Assembly (NCBI GenBank): GCA_024408085.1
Contig: JAKSVH010000004.1
Location: 27,676 to 91,675, forward strand
Reading direction: 5' to 3'
Length of the DNA: 64,000 nt
Origin: Bacilli bacterium
Lineage (GTDB): Bacteria; Bacillota_I; Bacilli_A; RFN20; CAG-826
Part shown: one piece after another, positions 38,501 to 49,600 of the stretch
Layout: every line of letters starts with the position of its first letter
Position numbering within the stretch: position 1 is the first letter of the stretch
Notes under the pieces: generated by a model
Databases searched by the model: none
Told to the model about the DNA's origin: nothing
The model's input: the letters and a program-made list of their open reading frames with translations, nothing else
Position numbers and translations under genes: made by a program

Positions 38501-39450
38501 TCTGTGTCCATTGTTATGGTAAAAACCTTGCTACTGGCGAACTCGTCAAGAAAGGCGAAGCAGTTGGTATTATGGCTGCTCAATCCATTGGTGAACCAGG
38601 TACTCAGTTAACAATGAGAACATTCAATACCGGTGGTGTTGCAGGAAGCGATATTACTCAAGGTCTTCCAAGAGTTCAAGAACTTGTTGAAGCACGTAAT
38701 CCAAAAGGTGAAGCTCTCATTTCTGAAATCGATGGTAAGATTGCTAAGATCGAAGAACAAGGCGGACGTTATCACGTCACAGTCAAAAATGATCTTGAAG
38801 AAAGAACTTATATCTCCAGCTATGGCGCTCACTTAAGAGTCAAAGTTGGCGATCATGTCTATAACGGCGGTAAGATCACCGAAGGTGCTATTGCTCCAAA
38901 ACAATTACTTGAAGTTAGTGACAACGTCAGAGTTGAAAACTACATCCTCAAGGAAATTCAAAAGGTCTACCGTGCTCAAGGTATCGGAATTTCCGATAAA
39001 CACATCGAAGTTATCATTAGACAAATGCTTAAGAAAGTTGTTGTCGTTGATAGCGGTGATACCGACATGGTTCCAGGTACAAGACTTGATATTGAAGAAT
39101 TTACAGCTAGAAACGAAGATGCCTTATTTACAGGCAAACGCCCAGCAGTTGCAAGACAACTTATCCTTGGTATTACCAAGGCAGCTCTTGAAACTAAGTC
39201 CTTCTTATCAGCTGCATCCTTCCAAGAAACAACACGTGTTCTTACCGATGCATCTATTAAAGAAAAACATGATGCTCTCCATGGACTTAAGGAAAACGTC
39301 ATTACTGGTAAACTCATTCCAGCAGGCACAGGTTTATTAACCGAAGAAGAAGCTGAAGAGTCCTTAGCTAAATTCACTGTTAAGAACAGAATGAAAGAAG
39401 TTAAGAAACAGTACATTGAAGTTCACGATCGTCCAGAAGATCTAGACTAA
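35590..39450 (+). CDS. rpoC: RNA polymerase beta' subunit
   Basis: Motifs [12 protein letters not shown], a Zn ribbon, [18 protein letters not shown] and SAASFQET. Confidence 0.99.
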   Translation: MFDVSKLAGIQVGLASPDRIREWSHGEVTKPETINYRSQKPEMQGLFCEKIFGPSKDYECHCGKYKKIRYAGMVCEKCGVEVISKDVRRERMGHIELVSPCTHIWYLKGIPSRISLILDIPPKQLEEVVYFVSHICLNPGNSKVLKYREFLDEKTARDVFIAVIQEITPLIEPGSLDAEKAEDMVKKLALPQEPFDFLTTARFISKYTGAEFGEGAEAVKRLLKEVNLEEDFLKVSEEVKTSTGQKRTKAIKRLEAIQAFRQSDNKPEWMVLDVIPVIPPDLRPMLQLDGGRFAASDLNDLYRRVIMRNTRLKKFIDINAPNVILMNARRMLQEAVDALIDNGRRNKPVQGPSGRPLKSLSSSLKGKQGRFRQNLLGKRVDYSGRSVIAVGPDLKMYQCGLPREMAISLLRPYIANLLIKRGYVSAHKAADRIIDAREPIVFDIVEEIISDHPVLLNRAPTLHRLGIQAFQPKLVDGRAIRLHPLVCTGFNADFDGDQMAVHLPLSKAAQQEALNLMLASNNILGPKDGKPIVTPSQDMVLGNYYLTLEETKEDLLARAGRRKDRGDMEEYELFTIYGNCEAKVFKSVDEVIAAYQTKQAHLHTRIAIKGAALKKTGFTEEMNKSYLLTTVGKVIFNLIFPAEFPFLNDSNKKENLKGDLPEYFVPMGTNLREAIHNAPIRAPYKKKHLGQIIDEIYHRYGTSKTSAVLDKMKDQGFKYSTCAGFTISLSDIPMLKGKDEIVKKGDVEVDKINRLYSKGLLTKEEHHKEIVDIWTKVRDEAKDKLTVQFEADRRNPIFMMSDSGARGNIGNILQLSGVRGLMANPKGEEIETPVKSCFREGASVSEFFIATHGARKGGADTALKTADSGYLTRRLVDVSQDVIVREDDCGTDHGFVVFEIRDSSRDSVIVPLEDRLAGRFSLRAICDPKSGEVIVPANTMISENDAKAIVKAGIKEVEIRSLFGCETKNGVCVHCYGKNLATGELVKKGEAVGIMAAQSIGEPGTQLTMRTFNTGGVAGSDITQGLPRVQELVEARNPKGEALISEIDGKIAKIEEQGGRYHVTVKNDLEERTYISSYGAHLRVKVGDHVYNGGKITEGAIAPKQLLEVSDNVRVENYILKEIQKVYRAQGIGISDKHIEVIIRQMLKKVVVVDSGDTDMVPGTRLDIEEFTARNEDALFTGKRPAVARQLILGITKAALETKSFLSAASFQETTRVLTDASIKEKHDALHGLKENVITGKLIPAGTGLLTEEEAEESLAKFTVKNRMKEVKKQYIEVHDRPEDLD

Positions 39451-39459
39451 AAATTTCTT

Positions 39460-39491
39460 AAAGGTTACTGATTAAATTCGGTAACCTTTTT
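39460..39491 (+). terminator. Rho-independent terminator after rpoC
   Basis: aaaggttactga-ttaaat-tcggtaaccttt followed by T's. Confidence 0.85.
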
Positions 39492-39607
39492 CTTATAAAA
39501 GAAATAGGGTAAAAATTGGCCCATACGAAGTCTAGCTTCTATGGGGAAAATTAGAGCGAGCGTTCACTCGCTCTTTTATTTTGGTTTATTTTGGTTATAA
39601 TAGTTGC

Positions 39608-41152
39608 ATGAATTTCAAAAGAAATTTGTTTGTTATTACGACCGCACTCGTGGGTGCTTTAGCCCTAGCTGGGTGTGATTTTGGCGAGAACAAATTTAAA
39701 CATTTTGAATTTATTGAAGAAAAACAAGATACAAAAGAAGATTATCTTAATTTCATGGTGAAAGATAATGCTACAGGGGAAGATAAAGATTTAGGCAATG
39801 CTTATTCTCTTATGAGAGATTATGCTGGTCAAAGTCATATGAAATCAATCGGTGAACAAAAGATGATTGTTGTGCCAGTAGAATTCCCAGATTATAAAGT
39901 TGAAAAATTATCACTTACCAATGAACAATATATTGAAGGAATTAACAAAGCATTCTTTGGAAATGCCAAGAATAATGCTTATGTTTCGGTGGGCGAGTAC
40001 TTTAATAAATCAAGTTATGGAAAACTAAAACTTGATGGAAAAGTATGTGATCAAGTTTTCACTTTTCCATATTCAATTGAGAAAATTAAAGAAAGTAAAC
40101 TTGAACGTGATGTTTTAGCAAATGATATTTACAAAAAGGTAATTGATTGGTACAAAGAAAATTATGATGACATTGCTGACTACGAAGTAGAAGGCTTAAA
40201 AACAGGCAAAAACGTGCCTATTTATATGATTTATACTCATCCAAGTATTTCTGACTCAAAAGAAGATGAAACAGGCTTCTTCTGGGCTTATACATTTAGT
40301 GATGTTCCTCTTTCTTGGTCCAGTGCTTCATTCATGTATCTTCAATATGGAGAACCAGATGCTCATACTTACATTCATGAGACTGGTCATTTACTTGGAT
40401 TAAGCGATTATTATCCAACAATCATTCCTGAAGAAAGCAAAACAAAGACCAAAGCTGGCGAAAAAGAAGTTGAAGAGGAAGAAGAAAAAGAACCATATGT
40501 TGCTTATGAACCAACCGCTAGAATTGATATGATGGATTGCTCAATTGGTGATGAAACATCTTTTTCAAAGATGCTTCTTAATTGGGCAAAACCAACTTAT
40601 GTAAATTCAAGCCAAGATGTAACAATTAGATCATTTACAGAAACAGGTGATGTAGTCTTACTTTCTAACAACTGGAATCACACACCGTTTGATGAATATT
40701 ATTTATTTGAATATTACTCTCCAACTGGATTAAATTCATACGATATTTCAGTCGGTAATAGCGAAGCTAAACTTCCAAAACTTCCAGGTATCAAAATTTA
40801 TCATGTTGATGCTAGACTTGCTTATTTTGAAAGCAAAACAATTAAGAGTTATTGCGTCTTTGGAGAAAAGGCTCCAGGTTCAACATTTACTCTTGGATTT
40901 GCTCATGATAACAACACTTACATCAACCCAGATGATTATCAAAAAAATTATCTTTATACATTAATTTTGAATCATGAAGAAGGCATGAAAACAGGTGCAG
41001 CGGTGGATTCAAACCTCTTCAGATACGGTGATGAAATTCCTGATTTGAAAATAAATTCAGGAGAGAAATTAAATTACAAAATTTCAGTCAGTTGGTCAGG
41101 ATTTGAAGAAGTTGGTATAAAGTTTGAAAAAGTCGAGAAAACAACAAAATAG
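39608..41152 (+). CDS. Lipoprotein, M6 (immune inhibitor A-like) Zn metallopeptidase family
   Basis: Lipobox LAGC; motifs IVVPVEFPD, SV.EYF.KSSYGKL, HETGHLLGLSDYY, DMMD, EYYLFEYYSPTGLN and GIKIYHVDARL. Confidence 0.8.
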   Translation: MNFKRNLFVITTALVGALALAGCDFGENKFKHFEFIEEKQDTKEDYLNFMVKDNATGEDKDLGNAYSLMRDYAGQSHMKSIGEQKMIVVPVEFPDYKVEKLSLTNEQYIEGINKAFFGNAKNNAYVSVGEYFNKSSYGKLKLDGKVCDQVFTFPYSIEKIKESKLERDVLANDIYKKVIDWYKENYDDIADYEVEGLKTGKNVPIYMIYTHPSISDSKEDETGFFWAYTFSDVPLSWSSASFMYLQYGEPDAHTYIHETGHLLGLSDYYPTIIPEESKTKTKAGEKEVEEEEEKEPYVAYEPTARIDMMDCSIGDETSFSKMLLNWAKPTYVNSSQDVTIRSFTETGDVVLLSNNWNHTPFDEYYLFEYYSPTGLNSYDISVGNSEAKLPKLPGIKIYHVDARLAYFESKTIKSYCVFGEKAPGSTFTLGFAHDNNTYINPDDYQKNYLYTLILNHEEGMKTGAAVDSNLFRYGDEIPDLKINSGEKLNYKISVSWSGFEEVGIKFEKVEKTTK

Positions 41153-41200
41153 CTGGGAAAACATAGGGATTTTTAAAACCTAAAACCCAGCTTTTTCTTT
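41151..41200 (+). terminator. Probable terminator (long interrupted hairpin)
   Basis: agctggg...cccagct followed by tttt. Confidence 0.55.
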
Positions 41201-41228
41201 ATTTAAAAAATAATATTTAAAATATTTG

Positions 41229-41256
41229 TTGACAATCTATATATAGATAGTAAAAT
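41229..41256 (+). promoter_or_regulatory. sigma-A promoter of the str operon
   Basis: TTGACA-16 nt-TAAAAT. Confidence 0.7.
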
Positions 41257-41363
41257 CTATGTCGACACACGAAGGACCCGATATGGGTCTATATATTTAC
41301 CGGAAATATGGTACACCGGAGAATGTGTGCAATAAGATAGAATCATTGAAAGGAGGACAATCA

Positions 41364-41783
41364 ATGCCAACTATTAATCAATTAGTTAAACAAGGTCGTT
41401 CAAAATTAGTGAAGAAGTCCAAATCACCAGCTCTTGGTAAAAGATGGAATTCATTAAAATCTACAACAAGCGATCAACCATCCGCTCAAAAGAGAGGCGT
41501 TTGTACCCGTGTCGGAACAATGACACCAAAGAAACCAAACTCAGCTCTTAGAAAATACGCTCGTGTACGCTTATCCAACGGATATGAAGTCACAGCATAC
41601 ATCGGTGGTGAAGGACACAACTTACAAGAGCACTCCACAGTCATCATTCGTGGTGGCCGTGTTAAAGACTTACCAGGTGTTCGTTACCACATCGTTCGCG
41701 GTACTCTTGACTGTGCTGGTATCGAAGCTCGTCGTCAAGGCAGAAGCTTATACGGAACCAAACGTCCAAGAAAAGCCGAATAG
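41364..41783 (+). CDS. rpsL: 30S ribosomal protein S12
   Basis: Motifs [19 protein letters not shown] and [11 protein letters not shown]. The true start is ATG 41364 after AAGGAGG. Confidence 0.98.
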   Translation: MPTINQLVKQGRSKLVKKSKSPALGKRWNSLKSTTSDQPSAQKRGVCTRVGTMTPKKPNSALRKYARVRLSNGYEVTAYIGGEGHNLQEHSTVIIRGGRVKDLPGVRYHIVRGTLDCAGIEARRQGRSLYGTKRPRKAE

Positions 41784-41806
41784 TTATTTAGAAAGGAGAA
41801 AACAAT

Positions 41807-42277
41807 ATGCCACGTAAAGGTAAAGTAGCAAAACGCACAGTTTTGCCAGATCCAATTTATAATTCAAAATTGGTTACTGCATTAATCAATCGTATTATGA
41901 TTGACGGAAAAAGAGGCACTGCTCAAACCATTCTTTATAACGCCTTCAAGAGAATTGAAGAAAAGTCTGGAAAACCAGCAATGGATGTCTTTGCAACCGC
42001 AATCAACAACATTATGCCAGAAGTCGAACTTAAAGTTCGTCGTATTGGCGCAGCCAACTATCAAGTCCCTGTTGAAGTTTCAGCAGAACGTAAAGTTACA
42101 TTAGGACTTCGTTGGTTAGTCACCTATGCCCGTTTAAGAAACGAAAAATCAATGGAAGAAAAATTAGCCGGAGAAATTATCGATGCTGCAAATGGAACAG
42201 GTGCATCAGTTAAGAAAAAAGAAGATACACACAAAATGGCAGAAGCCAACAAGGCTTATGCTCATTACCGTTGGTAA
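41807..42277 (+). CDS. rpsG: 30S ribosomal protein S7
   Basis: Motifs [23 protein letters not shown] and [10 protein letters not shown]. Confidence 0.98.
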   Translation: MPRKGKVAKRTVLPDPIYNSKLVTALINRIMIDGKRGTAQTILYNAFKRIEEKSGKPAMDVFATAINNIMPEVELKVRRIGAANYQVPVEVSAERKVTLGLRWLVTYARLRNEKSMEEKLAGEIIDAANGTGASVKKKEDTHKMAEANKAYAHYRW

Positions 42278-42292
42278 TAGGAGTGAAAACTT

Positions 42293-44371
42293 ATGTCACG
42301 TCAATATGATTTAGCACATACTCGTAACATCGGTATCATGGCTCACATCGATGCCGGTAAAACTACTACCACAGAACGTATCCTTTATTTCACAGGTAAA
42401 ATCCACAAAATTGGTGAGACACACGAAGGTGCCGCAACAATGGACTGGATGGAACAAGAACAAGAAAGAGGTATTACTATTACCTCAGCTGCTACCACAG
42501 CTTTCTGGAAGAACAACCGTATTAACATTATCGATACCCCGGGGCACGTCGACTTCACAGTAGAAGTTGAACGTTCACTTCGTGTTCTTGATGGTGCTGT
42601 TACAGTTCTTGATGGAAAAAATGGTGTTGAACCACAAACTGAAACAGTTTGGAGACAAGGTTCAAAATATGGCGTTCCACGTATCGTCTTTGTTAACAAA
42701 CTCGATGCTATCGGCGCTGACTTTGAAATGAGTGTTAACTCATTACACGAAAGACTTGCCGCTAACGCAGCAGCAGTCCAATACCCAATCGGTATTGAAT
42801 CAACCTTAAAAGGTTGTATTGATATTATTGAACGCAAAGCATGGGTCTACACTGACGATGTCAATGAACCACCTCATGAAGAACCAATCCCAGAAGAATA
42901 CAAAGACAAAGTTGAAGAACTTCGTCAAAAACTTCTCGAAGCTCTTGCAGCATTCGATGACGATTTAATGATGATGGTCCTTGAAGGACAAGACGTTCCT
43001 GTCGACATGATTAAGAAAACAATTCGTAAAGCAGTTCTTACTGGTGAATTCTTCCCAGTTTTCTGTGGATCTGCTTACAAAAACAAAGGTGTTCAATTAC
43101 TCCTTGATGGCGTAGTTGATTACTTACCATCACCACTTGATATTGCACCAGCAAAAGGTGAATTACTCGACGGAAGCGAATTTCACGCTAAACCAGATGA
43201 TAATGAACCACTCGTTGCTCTTGCATTCAAGATTGCTACTGACCCATTCATTGGCCGTTTAGCATATGTCCGTGTTTATAGCGGAACTCTCACATCAGGT
43301 TCTTATGTCCTCAACTCAACAAAAGATGGCAAAGAACGTATCGCTCGTGTCGTCTTAATGCACTCGAACCACCGTGAAGAAGTTGACGCTTTACACGCTG
43401 GCGACATTGGCGCAGTTGTTGGTCTCAAAAACACAACTACAGGTGATACTCTCTGTGATGAAAAACATCCTGTCATTCTTGAAAGAATGGAATTCCCAGA
43501 ACCAGTTATCGAAGAAGCTGTTGAACCAAAGACCAAAGCTGACCAAGAAAAGATGGGCATTGCCCTCGCAAAACTTGCTGAAGAAGACCCAACATTCAAG
43601 GTTCACACAAACCAAGAAACAGGTCAAACCATTATTGCAGGTGTTGGCGAATTACACCTTGACGTCTTAGTTGATAGACTTCGCCGTGAATTTAACGTTG
43701 AAGTTAACGTAGGCGCACCACAAGTTGGTTATAAGGAAACAATTCGTGCAACTGCAGAATGTGAAGGTAAGTACATTAAGCAATCTGGTGGTCACGGTCA
43801 ATATGGTCACGTTTGGATCAGATTTGAACCTAACCCAGGAAAAGGCTTTGAATTCGTTGACGCCGTTGTTGGTGGTGCAGTTCCAAAAGAATTCATTAAA
43901 CCAACTATGGAAGGTACAGTCGATGCAATGCGCAGAGGTTTAGTTGCTGGATTCCAAGCAATTGATATCAAAGCTACATTATTCGATGGTTCTTCACACG
44001 ATGTTGACTCATCCGAAGCTGCTTACAAGGTCGCTGCATCTATGGCTCTCAAAGAAGCTGCTAGAAAATGTGACCCAGTTATTCTCGAACCAATCATGAA
44101 GATTGAAGTTACAGTTCCTGAACAATATTATGGTGATGTCATTGGTGATATTTCCCGTAGACGTGGAAATATGACTGGTGAAACACAACGTGGAAATGCT
44201 AAGATTGTTGAAGCAGAAGTACCACTTTCAGAAATGTTCGGTTACGTTACAGACCTTCGTTCATTCACCCAAGGTAGAGGTAACTACACAATGCAATTCT
44301 CTCACTACGGAGAATGTCCAAGATATGTCCAAGACGAGATTATTAAAAAGTCTGGCATGTCAAATCGTTAA
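42293..44371 (+). CDS. fusA: Elongation factor G
   Basis: Motifs [25 protein letters not shown] and GELHL. Confidence 0.99.
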   Translation: MSRQYDLAHTRNIGIMAHIDAGKTTTTERILYFTGKIHKIGETHEGAATMDWMEQEQERGITITSAATTAFWKNNRINIIDTPGHVDFTVEVERSLRVLDGAVTVLDGKNGVEPQTETVWRQGSKYGVPRIVFVNKLDAIGADFEMSVNSLHERLAANAAAVQYPIGIESTLKGCIDIIERKAWVYTDDVNEPPHEEPIPEEYKDKVEELRQKLLEALAAFDDDLMMMVLEGQDVPVDMIKKTIRKAVLTGEFFPVFCGSAYKNKGVQLLLDGVVDYLPSPLDIAPAKGELLDGSEFHAKPDDNEPLVALAFKIATDPFIGRLAYVRVYSGTLTSGSYVLNSTKDGKERIARVVLMHSNHREEVDALHAGDIGAVVGLKNTTTGDTLCDEKHPVILERMEFPEPVIEEAVEPKTKADQEKMGIALAKLAEEDPTFKVHTNQETGQTIIAGVGELHLDVLVDRLRREFNVEVNVGAPQVGYKETIRATAECEGKYIKQSGGHGQYGHVWIRFEPNPGKGFEFVDAVVGGAVPKEFIKPTMEGTVDAMRRGLVAGFQAIDIKATLFDGSSHDVDSSEAAYKVAASMALKEAARKCDPVILEPIMKIEVTVPEQYYGDVIGDISRRRGNMTGETQRGNAKIVEAEVPLSEMFGYVTDLRSFTQGRGNYTMQFSHYGECPRYVQDEIIKKSGMSNR

Positions 44372-44467
44372 TCAAATTAATACAAAATGTATTGATTTAG
44401 GTTATAAATTACATTATTATAATTTCGTTGAATTTTACGAAATCTAACCTTAAGGAGGAAAATTCAA

Positions 44468-45646
44468 ATGGCAAAAGAAAAATTTGATAGAAGCAAAACT
44501 CACTTAAACATTGGTACCATTGGCCACGTTGACCATGGTAAAACCACTTTAACAGCTGCTATCACAACAGTCCTTGCTAAAAAGGGCGGAGCAGTAGCCA
44601 AAGCATACGATCAAATCGATGCTGCTCCAGAAGAAAAAGCTCGTGGTATTACAATTAATACCGCACACATTGAGTACGAAACAGCAACAAGACACTATGC
44701 TCACGTTGACTGCCCGGGCCACGCTGACTATGTTAAAAACATGATCACCGGTGCCGCACAAATGGATGGAGCAATCCTTGTCGTCGCAGCAACTGATGGC
44801 GTTATGCCACAAACACGTGAACACATTCTTCTCGCAAGACAAGTCGGTGTTCCATACATTGTTGTTTTCTTAAACAAATGTGATTTAGTTGATGATCCAG
44901 AACTCATTGACATCGTTGAAATGGAAGTCCGTGATTTACTTACATCCTATGGATTCCCAGGAGACACAACACCAATTATCCGTGGTTCTGCTAAAGTCGC
45001 ACTTGATGGTGGCGATACAAAACCAATCGAAGATTTAATGGATGCTGTTGATTCTTATATCCCAGTTCCAGAACTCGATAAAGATAAACCATTCCTTCTC
45101 CCAATCGAAGACGTCGTCACAATTACAGGTCGTGGCACAGTCGTTACTGGTAGAGTTGAACGTGGTGTTGCACACATGAACGATGAAGTTGAAATTGTCG
45201 GTATTAAAGATACACAAAAATCAGTTATTACCGGTATGGAAATGTTCCGTAAACAATTAGACTTCGTTCAACCAGGTGATAACGTCGGTATCTTACTCCG
45301 TGGTATTAACCGTGATCAAGTCGTCCGTGGTCAAGTTCTTGCAAAACCAGGATCAATTGTTCCACATACCAAATTCACAGCTTCAGTCTACGTTTTAAAG
45401 AAAGAAGAAGGCGGACGTCACACAGCTTTCTTAAGCAACTACCGTCCACAATTCTATTTCCGTACTACAGACATTACAGGTGTTATTACACTTCCAGCTG
45501 GTACAGATATGGTTATGCCAGGTGATAACGTTGAATTAACAGTCGAATTAATCCACCCAGTCGCAATCGAAAAGGGAACCAAGTTCTCAATTCGTGAAGG
45601 TGGCCGTACAGTTGGTTCAGGTTCAGTCATTGAAATTATTAAATAA
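44468..45646 (+). CDS. tuf: Elongation factor Tu
   Basis: Motifs [23 protein letters not shown] and REGGRTVG. Confidence 0.99.
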   Translation: MAKEKFDRSKTHLNIGTIGHVDHGKTTLTAAITTVLAKKGGAVAKAYDQIDAAPEEKARGITINTAHIEYETATRHYAHVDCPGHADYVKNMITGAAQMDGAILVVAATDGVMPQTREHILLARQVGVPYIVVFLNKCDLVDDPELIDIVEMEVRDLLTSYGFPGDTTPIIRGSAKVALDGGDTKPIEDLMDAVDSYIPVPELDKDKPFLLPIEDVVTITGRGTVVTGRVERGVAHMNDEVEIVGIKDTQKSVITGMEMFRKQLDFVQPGDNVGILLRGINRDQVVRGQVLAKPGSIVPHTKFTASVYVLKKEEGGRHTAFLSNYRPQFYFRTTDITGVITLPAGTDMVMPGDNVELTVELIHPVAIEKGTKFSIREGGRTVGSGSVIEIIK

Positions 45647-45666
45647 TTATATTATTTAACAAATTT

Positions 45667-45690
45667 AAGACCTCTTCGGAGGTCTTTTTT
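45667..45690 (+). terminator. Rho-independent terminator after tuf
   Basis: aagacctc-ttcg-gaggtctt followed by a T run. Confidence 0.9.
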
Positions 45691-45728
45691 GTTTGTTTAT
45701 TCTTTACATTTAGTCCATAATTTAGATT

Positions 45729-46844
45729 ATGAAGCAGCGTAAATACACATTACCTAGACACACGAACCTCGCGAAGCAATCGAGTAGAACAGGTGCCTTT
45801 TTAATTGATGTCGCTGTATTTGGTTTACTCACTATTGCATTTTTATTTGGTTGTTTTAGATTGATTTTAAATCCAATCGCCGAGCCATATAAAAATGAAC
45901 TTCAAACAGAGCAAGTAAATTCACACTTAAGATATAGAGATGAAAATGGTGACCCTCAAGTTATTAAGACTGATTCTTCTTTTGAAGAATATCGCGATGT
46001 AATTTCGTATTATTACATGAATTACTTAACTGGAAATGTTGCTGAACCAGGCACAGGTTCTAGACTCGCAGATGAACCTATTAAAAATGATGATGGAATA
46101 GAGGTTAAGAAATCTGAGTATTATACAGTTGAGTGGTTTAATAAAAATATACTTCAAATTAAGTCTCAAAATCCTGATGAAGACGAAAATTGTTTATTTA
46201 CTTATCAAAAAGTTGATGGAGTTTACGATAAAACAAAACTTGGAATTCCAAAGGATTATTCAAAAGTTACAGAAACAGATATCAATAAGTACATGCAAAA
46301 TGCCTATTTATCAACTTATTTAGAGAATTTTAATAAATTAAGCTATGTTATTGATTTAACCAATAAAGAAACGTTTATTTATTCACTTGAAATAGTTTTA
46401 TCAATGTTTATTGCCGCTATTGGAACTTATATTATTATTCCTATTATTATTAAAAGAGGAAGAACAGTTGGGAAATTATGTTTTAAGCTTGCACTTGCAA
46501 ACTCTGATGGTTATAAAGCTGAAAACAAACAATTAATTATGAGATTAGTTCCATTAGTGGTCGTTATTGCATCATTTTTAATACCGTTCTGGAACGATAT
46601 TTTCTTGGTTATCTTAATTCCACTTATTATTTTCCTTGTTTCATTTGCTTTAGCAATGGCATCTCCAAAGAAAGCATCTTTACATGACTTTGTTGCAAGA
46701 ACCATTGTTATTGATGATAAAACATCCATTATCTTTGATAATGAAATAGAAGAAGAAAATTACATTATCAAAGAAGATAATCTTGAAGTTGAGATTAAAG
46801 AAAATGGAGATGGAGAAGAACCTGAAATAAGTTATGAAAAATAG
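45729..46844 (+). CDS. RDD family membrane protein with a large extracytoplasmic loop
   Basis: R..AFLID at the N-terminus, GRTVGK, and SLHDFVARTIV. Confidence 0.8.
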   Translation: MKQRKYTLPRHTNLAKQSSRTGAFLIDVAVFGLLTIAFLFGCFRLILNPIAEPYKNELQTEQVNSHLRYRDENGDPQVIKTDSSFEEYRDVISYYYMNYLTGNVAEPGTGSRLADEPIKNDDGIEVKKSEYYTVEWFNKNILQIKSQNPDEDENCLFTYQKVDGVYDKTKLGIPKDYSKVTETDINKYMQNAYLSTYLENFNKLSYVIDLTNKETFIYSLEIVLSMFIAAIGTYIIIPIIIKRGRTVGKLCFKLALANSDGYKAENKQLIMRLVPLVVVIASFLIPFWNDIFLVILIPLIIFLVSFALAMASPKKASLHDFVARTIVIDDKTSIIFDNEIEEENYIIKEDNLEVEIKENGDGEEPEISYEK

Positions 46845-47976
46845 CATCCGTTCTTTAAAAGAAGCCAATTTAGGCAGAAGAATGATCGCCATGATTATGG
46901 ATGGCGTTATTTTTGCGTTTGTTTGGGTTGCTCTCGCTCTTTGGGTTTTTACTCCAATTGTAAATGCTACAATGCATTACTCTGATTTAGGAGTTACAGG
47001 GCTTAAATACGAAGTATTTTCTAAGCTTTATGTTTGTGAGGAAGTAGATTTGGAAACTCAAGAACATAAAGTGGTGGACGTTAATAAATTTGAAGAAATA
47101 AGCGGAAATACTCTTACTTACACTCCACTTTATAATTATCAAACTGAAGATATTAACTTTTATAAAGACAGAATTCATTACTATTATTGCTCATATAAAA
47201 CTGGCGAGAATATCGAATACCCAGAAGGCAAAGATCCTGAAGAATATAAGTCACCAATTTACCAACAATTTATCAAAGATAATGATGGCAAAGATGTTCT
47301 TCCAAAAGACTTCTATACTGAAGCTTGGTTTAATGAGTTGATTAGCGGAAAATCAACCATTAGAGATTATCAAAATTTAGCTTATAGTGCAGTCGCTGAC
47401 TTAAGAGAGGCGCCGTTCTTTGAAGAGCTTAACGGAAAGATAAGTGCTTGCCAACTTGTTATTGCTTTACCAGCATTTGCAATTTCATATTTTGGTTTCT
47501 ATTTGCTTGTTCCACTTTTATACAAAAATGGTGAAACCTTTGGTAAAAAGGTTATGCAAATTGGCCTTGTTACAAAGGATGGTTACCAAGTTAAAAAGAG
47601 ACAAATTGTCTTTAGACAACTTCTCCTTTTTGCGTGGGTAAGTCTTTCTTTGTTTGTTGTTGGAATTGGATTAACTTCTATTGCAACTTTAGGTGTGGGT
47701 GTATTTATCTATTTAATTGCAACAGTCATATCAAGAACAAGACGTTCTCCAATGGATTATGCTGCTTATACTTACATGATTCACACGGGGAAATCTGTAT
47801 GGTTTAAAGATAGTGCTGAAGAGGAACAAAAAGAGATTGAACTTGATGAAAAAATGTCCAAATATCAACGTTATAATCCTAATGAAAAGAACCTCATTCA
47901 AGTGGGCACAGAAATCGTTAACGAAGACGTAAAAAGAGAACTCGAAGAAGAAAAATTAAAAAAAGATAAAAAGTAA
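46834..47976 (+). CDS. RDD family membrane protein, paralog of the upstream gene
   Basis: Motifs RRMIAMIMD, GETFGKK and SPMDYAA; shares loop motifs with 45729-46844. Confidence 0.8.
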   Translation: MKNSIRSLKEANLGRRMIAMIMDGVIFAFVWVALALWVFTPIVNATMHYSDLGVTGLKYEVFSKLYVCEEVDLETQEHKVVDVNKFEEISGNTLTYTPLYNYQTEDINFYKDRIHYYYCSYKTGENIEYPEGKDPEEYKSPIYQQFIKDNDGKDVLPKDFYTEAWFNELISGKSTIRDYQNLAYSAVADLREAPFFEELNGKISACQLVIALPAFAISYFGFYLLVPLLYKNGETFGKKVMQIGLVTKDGYQVKKRQIVFRQLLLFAWVSLSLFVVGIGLTSIATLGVGVFIYLIATVISRTRRSPMDYAAYTYMIHTGKSVWFKDSAEEEQKEIELDEKMSKYQRYNPNEKNLIQVGTEIVNEDVKRELEEEKLKKDKK

Positions 47977-48024
47977 AAATCTTTAGGTTTTTAGGTGGTT
48001 TTTTCTGCAAAACCCCAATATTTT

Positions 48025-48052
48025 GCCTCTCAATAAATTGAGTGGCTTTTTT
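48025..48052 (+). terminator. Probable Rho-independent terminator
   Basis: gcc-t-ctcaat/attgag-t-ggc followed by a T run. Confidence 0.65.
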
Positions 48053-48133
48053 ATTTATAGAAAAAGAATTATAACTGTGTTATTATTCTACTGTAGTATA
48101 CAGCTACGTTATACACCATAGGAGGTAAAACTA

Positions 48134-49579
48134 ATGGACGTAAGAATCGAGAATCTTACTAAAACCTTCGTCGGTAAAAAAGGTGTCGAAACTACCGCTG
48201 TCAATAAGATGAATTTTACTATACCTGACGGTAAACTCGTCGGTCTTTTAGGTCCATCTGGATGCGGAAAGTCTACAACACTTTATATGATTGCTGGTTT
48301 ACACAAACCAACCGACGGTCACATTTGGTTTGGTGATGAAGATGTTACAAACGTTCCACCAGAGAACCGTGGCATTGGCTTAGTCTTCCAAAACTACGCT
48401 CTTTATCCACATCTCTCAGTTCGTCAAAACATTGAATTCCCACTCGACAATGTGCGCCTCACCGGTCCATTCGGTGAAGAGGAAAACCGTCTTTTTGACG
48501 CAGTTCATGACAAAAAGACAACCGAGAAAGACTTAGCTCGTACAAAGAAAGCTTTAGCAAAAGCTGAAAAGTCAAAAGCTTCTTTAGAAGCAAAAATTGC
48601 AGCTCATGAGGGCGAAGAAGATGAAATTTTCTTAGCTCAAAAGGACAAACTTGCTGTTGCAGTTCAAACAATTGAATCTTCTACAAAGAGAATCGCATCT
48701 CTTGAAGAACACCTTGTTTATTGTGATGGCGAAATTGCAAAAGCCCAAGAAAACCTCGATAAGGCAAAAGCCGCATTCGAAGAACTCAAGGTATCTGATC
48801 CAGAAGCTGCAGCCAAAAAAGCTCTTAGAAAATTATCAAAAGCTGACAAAGATGCAATCGCTCTTGAAATGGCAAAAGTCGTTGATATTGATCAATACTT
48901 AGACAGAAAACCAAAAGAGTTATCTGGCGGTCAACAACAACGTGTTGCTATCGCGCGTGCATTATCTAAAAAGCCAAGAGTCCTTCTTCTTGACGAACCA
49001 CTTTCAAACCTTGATGCTCGTTTAAGACTTCAAACACGTGAAGAAATTAAACGTATTCAACGTGAAACTGGTATTACAACAGTCTTCGTTACACACGACC
49101 AAGAAGAAGCTATGTCAATTTCAGACTTCATTGTTGTTATGAAACTCGGTGTTGTTCAACAAATTGATGAACCTCAAAAGGTTTATGATGAACCAGCTAA
49201 CTTATTCGTCGCTAAATTCTTAGGTTCTCCAGCTATCAACGTATTTGATGGAGAAATCAAAGGCGGAAAACTTTTACTTAATGGCAAAGTCATTGATGAA
49301 GACAAAGTCTTTGGTAAAGAAGATAGAAAAGTTAAACTTGCTGTTCGTCCAGAAAGCTTTGATTACGATAAAAAAGGCGGAGATGTCCCAGTTACAGTAA
49401 CATCAGTCGAACACATCGGCCGTGATATTACAGTTAATGGTCACATTACCGACCAAGAAAATCACGTTAAGGTTATTATTCCAAGTGCATTACGCAACGA
49501 AATCCTTGGAAAACCAGAAATTTCATTTAAAGCCAGACGTTTCTACGTTTTCGAAGAAACAGGCGAAAGGATTAAATAA
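48134..49579 (+). CDS. ABC transporter ATPase (MalK/UgpC family) with a coiled-coil insertion
   Basis: Motifs GPSGCGKST, VFQNYALYPH, LSGGQQQR, LLLDEPLSNLD and VTHDQEEA. Confidence 0.92.
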   Translation: MDVRIENLTKTFVGKKGVETTAVNKMNFTIPDGKLVGLLGPSGCGKSTTLYMIAGLHKPTDGHIWFGDEDVTNVPPENRGIGLVFQNYALYPHLSVRQNIEFPLDNVRLTGPFGEEENRLFDAVHDKKTTEKDLARTKKALAKAEKSKASLEAKIAAHEGEEDEIFLAQKDKLAVAVQTIESSTKRIASLEEHLVYCDGEIAKAQENLDKAKAAFEELKVSDPEAAAKKALRKLSKADKDAIALEMAKVVDIDQYLDRKPKELSGGQQQRVAIARALSKKPRVLLLDEPLSNLDARLRLQTREEIKRIQRETGITTVFVTHDQEEAMSISDFIVVMKLGVVQQIDEPQKVYDEPANLFVAKFLGSPAINVFDGEIKGGKLLLNGKVIDEDKVFGKEDRKVKLAVRPESFDYDKKGGDVPVTVTSVEHIGRDITVNGHITDQENHVKVIIPSALRNEILGKPEISFKARRFYVFEETGERIK

Positions 49580-49600
49580 CTTCGGTTATAAAAATAATCT

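Noticed and set aside
41259-41363. N-terminal extensions in the ORF track (rpsL 41259, nifJ 55959, mrp 24437, mocA 4301, cadA 26789, 39581, 3486)
   Set aside because: The upstream starts run through promoters or terminators or overlap other genes; downstream ATGs have SDs or -10 boxes and match the family N-termini.
41510-41690. Streptomycin-resistance substitutions in S12
   Set aside because: PKKPNS and RVKDLPG are wild type.
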